Source: a virus
Lineage: Duplodnaviria; Caudoviricetes
Direction: 5' to 3' (one strand)
IMG/VR virus record: IMGVR_UViG_3300038468_000094
Span: 1-33,364 of that record
DNA: 33,364 bases
Translations under genes and position numbers: made by a program
Shown here: piece after piece, positions 27,797 to 33,364 of the stretch
How positions within the stretch are numbered: position 1 is the first letter of the stretch
Layout: each line of letters opens with the position of its first letter
Notes under the pieces: generated by a model
The model's database searches: none
What the model was told of the DNA's origin: nothing
The model's input: the letters and a program-made list of their open reading frames with translations, nothing else

Positions 27797-28233
27797 AAAT
27801 CAAAATGTCCTTTTATTTCAAATCCTATTTTATCCGTTGTTAAATCGGCTGTCGGGAAAAATGGGAAAAATGTGTGGATACATTTATGCTCATAGATAAA
27901 CGAAATGCCTTTTATTGGTTCTATTCCTGCATATGTGATAAATGTTTCAATACCAGGAGAAAAACGGAAGAAATCGCCATTAAGAGAATTAGCAAAAAGA
28001 GTTTTCCAACTTCCACCTATTTTAAACAAATTAAAAGCTTTAGCATCTATCTTAAAAGTTGCATCATAAGGGGCATAAATAGGATTACCGGAATCCATAC
28101 AATCAATAATTCTATTTTCGAAAGTTTGCGAAGGACTATATCCCATCTGAAACGCAAAATCAACACTCAACCACGGGTCAGCGCTCGCTTCGAACGCAAC
28201 CAGAATCATCAGAACTACCATAATCTTCTTCAT
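27793..28233 (-). CDS. Moron: exported protein, probable small outer-membrane beta-barrel (146 aa)
   Basis: GGAGG RBS, MKKIMVVLMILVAFEASA signal peptide, amphipathic beta strands, C-terminal ...IKGHFDF. Confidence 0.7.
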   Translation of the reverse strand: MKKIMVVLMILVAFEASADPWLSVDFAFQMGYSPSQTFENRIIDCMDSGNPIYAPYDATFKIDAKAFNLFKIGGSWKTLFANSLNGDFFRFSPGIETFITYAGIEPIKGISFIYEHKCIHTFFPFFPTADLTTDKIGFEIKGHFDF

Positions 28234-28251
28234 ATCATCCTCCATATCTAT

Positions 28252-28280
28252 AATATAGTACAATCGCTATTAAATGTCAA
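28252..28280 (-). promoter_or_regulatory. Sigma70 promoter of the moron
   Basis: Minus strand TTGACA-N17-TATATT upstream of GGAGG and ATG at 28233. Confidence 0.75.
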
Positions 28281-28295
28281 TAGGAGGTACGCAAC

Positions 28296-28751
28296 ATGAG
28301 CGACGATTTCAGATTCACGCCCGAAAGTATCGAAGCCATCTCGAAGCTGTTCAAGAGCGCTCTTTCGACGGTCCAACAAGAGCTTGCATTCGTCAAATCG
28401 GAGCTCAAATGTCACACTGAGAAACAGGACGAACGGGACGAGAAGATCAATACTATGATTGTGACCGCCGCTCAGTCTATCGAAATGAACCGAGACACGA
28501 TACGCAAAATCAACGATATCCCAGAAATGGTACACCAAGCGAGTCTCGATTTTTTTCGACCTGAAGTCAAGAGGCTCGACGAGAAAATCGACGGAGTGAA
28601 ATCCGACCTCAAAACGCATCTTGACGAACAAGACAGAACGAAGAAATTATACCAGAAATCGCTTGCAGTAGCGATAGGAACTTCGATAGTATTAGCTATA
28701 ATCGCGGTACTCGGATTCTTCGGGATCAGGATTCCAGGAGCGAAACCTTAA
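28296..28751 (+). CDS. Holin-like or lysis-associated membrane protein
   Basis: Coiled coil with a single C-terminal TM helix, directly upstream of the endolysin. Confidence 0.5.
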   Translation: MSDDFRFTPESIEAISKLFKSALSTVQQELAFVKSELKCHTEKQDERDEKINTMIVTAAQSIEMNRDTIRKINDIPEMVHQASLDFFRPEVKRLDEKIDGVKSDLKTHLDEQDRTKKLYQKSLAVAIGTSIVLAIIAVLGFFGIRIPGAKP

Positions 28752-28763
28752 AGGAGGGTTGCT

Positions 28764-29414
28764 ATGTGGGACAAAAGACGGCTTGTGGTAAACGATCTCG
28801 CAGAGATTGATTATCTCATCGTACATCACAGTGCGGGTGATCCTATGCGAAATGCTCCGGACGATGAGGTCAAGAACTTCCTCAACGGTATCGGGTTTGA
28901 ACGCGGATACAAACCATACGGATACGATTTCGCAACAGGATACTCGCAGAAGTTCGGGCAAAATCTCCACAAGCTCCCGGACGGCGGAGGAATATCATAT
29001 TGCGAATACCATTACTGCATACATCCTTACGATGCAGATGGGAATGAATACGGCTACCGGTTGATACAGCTCCTTGACGATCCGATGCGGCAGGATTCCG
29101 CATCGATCGGGTTACGCTTCCAGGGTGAAGAGGCGGCAGCGATGCAGAAACGCGCAATCTATTACAACTCGCGATCGATAGCGATCTGTTTCATGGGCAA
29201 TTACGAGATTGATGAGGCACCGGATAAAATGATCGATTTCTTCGTATCGCTCTTCGGCAAGCAGAAACCGTTATCCTGGATACTGAGCAAGAATCCGATG
29301 ATTCGATTTATCGGGCACAAAGATACGCTCGATGCTACGAGCTGTCCGGGCAAGAACCTTCACGAGTATGTACCGATCATGCAGAAGAGAATATATAGTT
29401 TGACAACCATATAA
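28764..29414 (+). CDS. Endolysin, N-acetylmuramoyl-L-alanine amidase (Amidase_2 / T7 lysozyme-like)
   Basis: LIVHHS, YHY, NSRSIAICFMGNY and GHKD....TSCPG zinc-amidase motifs. Confidence 0.88.
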   Translation: MWDKRRLVVNDLAEIDYLIVHHSAGDPMRNAPDDEVKNFLNGIGFERGYKPYGYDFATGYSQKFGQNLHKLPDGGGISYCEYHYCIHPYDADGNEYGYRLIQLLDDPMRQDSASIGLRFQGEEAAAMQKRAIYYNSRSIAICFMGNYEIDEAPDKMIDFFVSLFGKQKPLSWILSKNPMIRFIGHKDTLDATSCPGKNLHEYVPIMQKRIYSLTTI

Positions 29415-29429
29415 CTTATATGATACTAT
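29400..29429 (+). promoter_or_regulatory. Candidate sigma70 promoter for the accessory cluster
   Basis: TTGACA-N18-TACTAT with TGn extension; GGAGG before the 29448/29451 start. Confidence 0.55.
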
Positions 29430-29447
29430 ATCGACGTATACGGAGGA

Positions 29448-29720
29448 GTGATGGCGAAACAACGGAAGACGATCGAAGACGTACTTTCTCGGATCGCGAA
29501 TAAGTGCTCCGAATTTTATGTAGACGATAAAGCTATACAGATCGATATCAGACAAGCCCTTCTGTGCGTTAAGCAGCTCCGAAAACGAGAACGTGACGCA
29601 ATTAAATACGAAACAGAAATAATCCCGCAAATGGCCGAAGAACTCCGCAAGCTCGGGTTCAATCCCGCTCCCGATGAAACCGATTTCAATATCATAGCGT
29701 ATTTTGCGGGGAACCGATGA
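29448..29720 (+). CDS. Hypothetical protein
   Basis: GGAGG RBS; ATGA overlap with the next gene. Confidence 0.6.
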   Translation: MMAKQRKTIEDVLSRIANKCSEFYVDDKAIQIDIRQALLCVKQLRKRERDAIKYETEIIPQMAEELRKLGFNPAPDETDFNIIAYFAGNR

Positions 29721-30514
29721 GAGTAGTCGATCTCGGAGATATGCATGTAGGGTCAAGAGGCGCTCTGTCGATCAATCAATCCGAGATCGGGAAAAAAATC
29801 TATCGCAAATGGCAAGAAGCATCGAGCGGCGAATGGTCTAAACCGGATATTCTTATACTCGGTGGCGATCTTATTCATGGTCAGAACCGCAAAACTTCCG
29901 GTTTCGGAGCATGGACGAGTGATCTTCTCGAACAGTGTGATGAGGCTACAAAGCTCATCCAGATGTGGGGAGCGAAAAAGATATTCTGCGTCCGAGGTTC
30001 GGGTTATCATGTTGACGCGAACAACACAGGGCTACAGTGTGAAGAGCTCATCGCTCGCAATCTGAACGCTGAACTATTCCCCGATGGAAGCGGTAATCGA
30101 TCAGGCTGGCACTGGTACTTAACGATAGAAGGGATAACGCTTCACGTCGAACATTTCATTCAGGGCTCCCGATATTTTGCATACAAGGCAACCCCGCTCG
30201 CACGAGAGATGATGCAATCAAAGCTCAACGAAAAACTGATTCAGGATATGACCAAGATGAAAACCGACATCGTAGTTCGACATCATGGGCATAGTTACAT
30301 CTGCGTCAAGTATCGCCGGATGATGGGCGTAGTCTGCCCATCATGGACGGTGCCTGATGATTTCCTCAGCAAGCAGGGTGCTCTCTCGCAATCGCCTGAC
30401 ATCGGGTTTCTTGCATGGGATATAAAAGATAAGAAATATCGATTTGATGATTCGAATATAATCGGGTTTACCGAAGTACAGCCTATGCCTTTAACGGTGG
30501 TAATGAATGGATGA
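29717..30514 (+). CDS. Calcineurin-like metallophosphoesterase
   Basis: GDMHVG, GGDLIHG, RGSGYH (in place of GNH), HVEH and HHGH motifs. Confidence 0.8.
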   Translation: MRVVDLGDMHVGSRGALSINQSEIGKKIYRKWQEASSGEWSKPDILILGGDLIHGQNRKTSGFGAWTSDLLEQCDEATKLIQMWGAKKIFCVRGSGYHVDANNTGLQCEELIARNLNAELFPDGSGNRSGWHWYLTIEGITLHVEHFIQGSRYFAYKATPLAREMMQSKLNEKLIQDMTKMKTDIVVRHHGHSYICVKYRRMMGVVCPSWTVPDDFLSKQGALSQSPDIGFLAWDIKDKKYRFDDSNIIGFTEVQPMPLTVVMNG

Positions 30515-30764
30515 TATCAGTATCGATCGAGACGATTTTTTATCAGAGCTTCGAGCTATTGCGGATGAACAGAAAAAATTGTACTCTGATTATATCACGC
30601 TCATAGAGATATCCGAGATAACAGGTATTGAGCCGCAGTGCATCAAGAAGCGAGCTGACAAGATGGGGATGCAGGTGATTCGGATCAATTCGCCCATTGC
30701 AGGGAATAAACCAGTGAATTGCGTATCCCGTGAGGATGCGAAACGTTTAGTCAAGGGGGAATAG
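30507..30764 (+). CDS. Putative HTH DNA-binding protein
   Basis: YITLIEISEITGIEPQCIKKRA helix-turn-helix-like segment. Confidence 0.5.
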   Translation: MDDISIDRDDFLSELRAIADEQKKLYSDYITLIEISEITGIEPQCIKKRADKMGMQVIRINSPIAGNKPVNCVSREDAKRLVKGE

Positions 30765-30765
30765 T

Positions 30766-30909
30766 ATGTTCGATTTCGGAATGATTATCGGAGCGAGTAT
30801 CGCGCTCGTGTTTCTTTTCGCTGGAGCTTACGGCAAGGGATTCATCGATGGAACTGTCAACGGGATTCGCAAGATTGCGGCATGGATAAAAGGATTGTTC
30901 AAGAAATGA
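30766..30909 (+). CDS. Small membrane protein (47 aa, not in ORF track)
   Basis: MFDFGMIIGASIALVFLFAGAYGKG...WIKGLFKK. Starts just after the previous stop; ATGA overlap with the next gene. Confidence 0.65.
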   Translation: MFDFGMIIGASIALVFLFAGAYGKGFIDGTVNGIRKIAAWIKGLFKK

Positions 30910-31115
30910 GAACTTGGCCGGCTGATGTCACACATATCGTAGGCTGCCTGATCGCAATCGGAGGGGCGCTTATTGTTGGACTTAAGGGTGACGCAAACGG
31001 GGTTGCGATTGCAGCAATAGGAGCGGGACTCGCAGGCGGGACACACTATTTCAAGAGCCGCATGCAGACTCCTGCGGCGACGATCGAGGAAGGGGAAGAG
31101 GAGAAAACATCATGA
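30906..31115 (+). CDS. Small two-TM membrane protein (holin-like)
   Basis: Start at the ATGA overlap (30906); two Gly/Ala-rich hydrophobic segments and an acidic tail. Confidence 0.55.
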   Translation: MRTWPADVTHIVGCLIAIGGALIVGLKGDANGVAIAAIGAGLAGGTHYFKSRMQTPAATIEEGEEEKTS

Positions 31116-31315
31116 CCGAACTCGCAGAGATCGAAGCCGAACTCTCCGAATTAAAAGCGCGCCTTCCACTCGTCAAAGGACGAGAGACAGAAGTATACGA
31201 TAGGATTGTGGGTTATTATCGACCTGTAAAGAACTGGAATCCTGGGATGACTCAGAATCAGAAAGAAAGAGTGCGTTTCGATATGCCGAAGGAGGTAACA
31301 TGTGGCAACGTTTAA
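31112..31315 (+). CDS. Stand-alone NrdD C-terminal (glycyl-radical loop) mini-protein
   Basis: TEVYDRIVGYYRPVKNWNPG....ER matches the class III ribonucleotide reductase C-terminal R-x-x-G-Y motif. Confidence 0.75.
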   Translation: MTELAEIEAELSELKARLPLVKGRETEVYDRIVGYYRPVKNWNPGMTQNQKERVRFDMPKEVTCGNV

Positions 31316-31490
31316 TTGTTGTCAAGATGAATTAGAATGTACATGTCCTTGTCATTCGTATCCTAATATCAATCATTGTATGCCGTGTTGTTCTACCTGT
31401 GAAATATGTGGGAGGCATTATATCGATTTAAAAGAACATCTTAAAATAAAACATCCTGAAAGAAATAAAGATAATTTATTAAAAGATTGA
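31302..31490 (+). CDS. Small Cys/His-rich protein with C2H2-like finger
   Basis: CC..CTCPCH..HCMPCC..CEICG......EH...KH; AT-rich; AGGAGG then GTG start. Confidence 0.5.
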   Translation: MATFNCCQDELECTCPCHSYPNINHCMPCCSTCEICGRHYIDLKEHLKIKHPERNKDNLLKD

Positions 31491-31524
31491 CCTTTTTATA
31501 TTCGATTATGAATAAGGAGGATCG

Positions 31525-31944
31525 ATGTGGCAACATTTCTCAAATGGCTTCAGGCGAACTGGTTTTGGTTTATTATTGGTGTTCTTGTCGTTTTGTGCGG
31601 TTGGGGCATATGGTCAACACTGTCTCTCGGAGGAAAACTGGCAACGGCTGAAAGTATTGCTGCAAGAATCTCTATCGATCTCGGACGCGCAAATAGCCAG
31701 CTTGCAAGCATCCGATACGATATTGACTCGCTTAGAAACATCAATCGGGATATCGGACAAGACGCTGCAAATCTTAGGAACGAAAATAAACAACTTAACG
31801 AATTTGCTATCGCTCAGCGAGCAAAACTCAAAGAAGCTCTCTCAATCCTTGACGGATCAAAATAATATGATGCTCTGGATTGCGGGCGGCTGCGCTATAG
31901 GCGGCGTAATCATAGGGATTCTCATCCGAGGAGTGTTTAAATGA
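31525..31944 (+). CDS. Spanin-like protein A: signal peptide, coiled coil, C-terminal TM
   Basis: RRTGFGLLLVFLSFCAVGAYG signal-like N-terminus, heptad region, WIAGGCAIGGVIIGILIRG TM; stop overlaps the next ATG. Confidence 0.6.
   Translation: MWQHFSNGFRRTGFGLLLVFLSFCAVGAYGQHCLSEENWQRLKVLLQESLSISDAQIASLQASDTILTRLETSIGISDKTLQILGTKINNLTNLLSLSEQNSKKLSQSLTDQNNMMLWIAGGCAIGGVIIGILIRGVFK
31527..31865 (+). CDS. Spanin-like protein B (i-spanin/Rz topology), nested in another frame
   Basis: GTG 6 nt after AGGAGG; N-terminal TM (WFWFIIGVLVVLCGWGIW) followed by a long coiled coil. Confidence 0.65.
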   Translation: MATFLKWLQANWFWFIIGVLVVLCGWGIWSTLSLGGKLATAESIAARISIDLGRANSQLASIRYDIDSLRNINRDIGQDAANLRNENKQLNEFAIAQRAKLKEALSILDGSK

Positions 31945-32369
31945 TAAAACGATATGTCGTATTCGCTTTGTTGTTTATCATACTGTTTGGTATGTTATTC
32001 GTCTCATTTTCGGCCTTTTCTGAGACAAAACTTCAAGCGATAGCGGATACAATCTTTTCTGAATATGGCCGTCCGATATGTTATGGAAACGCTTATTTCT
32101 GGTATCCTGCAGGATATTGCATCATGATCCTGTACAACGAGCATGCGGAAATGCTTTTTATAGCATATGCCCGCGAGGATGGCGACCCTCTTAAAATCAT
32201 GGAAATAACTGCGTTTCTTGCGGGCAAGGGCGCGTTCGAATTGATCGAATCGACGATGGACAGCGACGAATATAGATCGAACGGCCTGGTAGCCTTCTAC
32301 GATCGAAAATCCGCAATTCTCTTCATAGTTCCCGAATCCAACTACTCGAAAAAGAAGCTCCTTTCGTAA
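31941..32369 (+). CDS. Hypothetical exported or membrane-anchored protein
   Basis: MIKR followed by a long hydrophobic stretch and AFS. Confidence 0.6.
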   Translation: MIKRYVVFALLFIILFGMLFVSFSAFSETKLQAIADTIFSEYGRPICYGNAYFWYPAGYCIMILYNEHAEMLFIAYAREDGDPLKIMEITAFLAGKGAFELIESTMDSDEYRSNGLVAFYDRKSAILFIVPESNYSKKKLLS

Positions 32370-32393
32370 ATTACCTATCTTCTCTCCTCCACG

Positions 32394-32420
32394 GGGCGGC
32401 CTTTGGGTCGCCCTTCCTTT
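32394..32420 (+). terminator. Probable terminator of the + strand operon
   Basis: GGGCGGCC-TTTG-GGTCGCCC followed by TTCCTTT. Confidence 0.55.
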
Positions 32421-32432
32421 ATCAGGGCAAAT

Positions 32433-32468
32433 AAAAAAGGCGGTCTACCAAAAAGTAGCAAACCGCCT
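32433..32468 (-). terminator. Probable terminator of the convergent minus-strand genes
   Basis: AGGCGGT/ACCGCCT stem with inner CTAC/GTAG; the A-tract on + is a U-tract on -. Confidence 0.6.
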
Positions 32469-32494
32469 GTGCGTTATACTGCGTTTTCGTCAAG

Positions 32495-32818
32495 CTATTT
32501 TTCCAGCACGTCATCGATATCTCTTTCGATATGCATCGCCTCGTTGTGTTCATCGCATTCGTTACACCCGAGGCTACGCCCGCGCAACATCCCGCATTCT
32601 GGGCATATGCTATCATCTTCGGGTTTAGAGTGCTCTTTCCAGTATTCCCTCGCATCACTCAAGATCGCGCTTTTCAGTCCGAAATCTCCGTCATAAATTC
32701 CGAACGCTGCCAGTTTGTCCAGCGTATCGGCAGCAACTTTTTTCGAATCGAAAGTACCTTGCTCATAGAGTGATTCGATTATTTCGCGCATCTCGGCTAT
32801 TATTTGTCGGTCTGTCAT
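32495..32818 (-). CDS. Hypothetical protein with CPECG..CNEC zinc ribbon (107 aa)
   Basis: GGAGG RBS, ATGA overlap with the upstream gene, start MTDRQ. Confidence 0.65.
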   Translation of the reverse strand: MTDRQIIAEMREIIESLYEQGTFDSKKVAADTLDKLAAFGIYDGDFGLKSAILSDAREYWKEHSKPEDDSICPECGMLRGRSLGCNECDEHNEAMHIERDIDDVLEK

Positions 32819-33114
32819 TTCGTCACCTCCTCGAATGTTCCGTCGCATGCCCAATAAAAATCCGAATCACAATATCCGCCATCGACAAAAAGAGCAAAAC
32901 CTTCCTCGTTTATATCAACACATTTTCTCGGTTGAGGAAACGAATTCGGATAGAATGTCGATATATACCAATGCCCCTTCTTAAATCGTTCAGCCGGTTT
33001 TCGCCCGCGCCATTTAGGTGATTGTTTCCGCTTCGTGTCCATGATTGTGTAAACAGAGAACACACAGACCGCACCAAGAATCAATCCTAAAATGTACGCA
33101 TGAATTATGTTCAT
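32815..33114 (-). CDS. Hypothetical protein with N-terminal TM helix (99 aa)
   Basis: AGGAGG RBS, ATGA overlap, start MNIIHAY. Confidence 0.6.
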   Translation of the reverse strand: MNIIHAYILGLILGAVCVFSVYTIMDTKRKQSPKWRGRKPAERFKKGHWYISTFYPNSFPQPRKCVDINEEGFALFVDGGYCDSDFYWACDGTFEEVTK

Positions 33115-33364
33115 AGCCCCTCCTTTTCCGCACGTTCGATTTCTTCCGCTGTACATTCACGCCAATTTTCATTCTCAAATTTGTACCATTTATCAGCATT
33201 GCTCGGAGTTACGATTCGAGTTTTAACTTTCAGGGTACTCGTATAATAACGGATAATTTGTACAGAATTTATGCCCGCTTTCTGCGTGGAGTTGTAGCCC
33301 GCTGTCTGCGTGGATTTGTCGCCCGCTTTCTGCGTGGAGTTGTAGCCCGCTGTCTGCGTAGAGT
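33111..33364 (-). CDS. C-terminal part of an octapeptide-repeat protein (5' truncated, not in ORF track)
   Basis: Minus frame reads STQTAGYN STQKAGDK STQTAGYN STQKAGIN...ADKWYKFENENWREC...EGL*. Confidence 0.75.
   Translation of the reverse strand, partial: STQTAGYNSTQKAGDKSTQTAGYNSTQKAGINSVQIIRYYTSTLKVKTRIVTPSNADKWYKFENENWRECTAEEIERAEKEGL
33273..33364. repeat. 24-bp coding tandem repeat (at least 3.8 units)
   Basis: GCCCGCT(T/G)TCTGCGT(G/A)GA(G/T)TTGT(A/C) units start at 33273, 33297, 33321 and 33345. Confidence 0.9.

Noticed and set aside
25877-28290. Diversity-generating retroelement acting on the tail fibre
   Set aside because: No reverse transcriptase gene and no template/variable repeat pair differing at adenines is visible in the window.
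27874-28299. 141-aa + strand ORF opposite the moron
   Set aside because: No clear RBS and not protein-like. The minus-strand gene has a promoter, RBS and signal peptide.
30507-31115. TAG read-through fusing ORF 30507 to ORF 30882 (same frame, no other stop)
   Set aside because: The gap is better explained by a 47-aa membrane protein in another frame (30766-30909), coupled by ATGA to a start at 30906.
31112-31315. Calling this gene nrdD or a decayed nrdD
   Set aside because: It has its own start with an ATGA overlap and an intact frame, and no upstream NrdD remnants are visible. It is treated as a stand-alone mini-protein.
31487-31515. Promoter TTGACC upstream of the spanin-like pair
   Set aside because: No acceptable -10 hexamer at 16-18 nt spacing.
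33273-33364. CRISPR array
   Set aside because: Units are contiguous 24-mers without unique spacers and translate as an in-frame octapeptide repeat.
1-33364. Genome-wide TAG reassignment (genetic code 15)
   Set aside because: Only one in-frame TAG was found. Four other genes end in TAG at sensible boundaries, and coding density is already high under code 11.

Overview
The window is the late (virion morphogenesis and lysis) region of a contractile-tailed dsDNA phage or prophage. Almost all genes are on the + strand: terminase, portal, two head-associated multi-domain proteins, prohead protease, scaffold, major capsid protein, neck genes, sheath, tube, a frameshifted tail chaperone, a short tape measure, baseplate, tail fibre, holin-like protein, amidase endolysin, accessory genes and an overlapping spanin-like gene pair. 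Convergent minus-strand genes begin near 32.5 kb. The most striking signal is a candidate capsid cargo system. Two head-region proteins carry the same ~30-aa tag (V-x-K-A..PVGT...RKDGKYKK.....W.K..EE) just ahead of different AT-rich C-terminal domains, one an R-S-E ADP-ribosyltransferase and one unassigned. The tag starts with a hydrophobic-x-K-[S/A] motif that recurs in the head proteins and looks like the prohead protease cleavage site. Other notable items are a promoter-driven four-hairpin RNA ending in a terminator just before the protease gene, a single in-frame TAG in the baseplate hub gene, a dual-frame gene pair sharing one RBS, an outer-membrane-protein moron convergent with the tail fibre, and a stand-alone NrdD glycyl-radical mini-protein. 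A spirochaete-like diderm host is a weak inference. All assignments come from motifs and synteny read by eye; no database searches were run.
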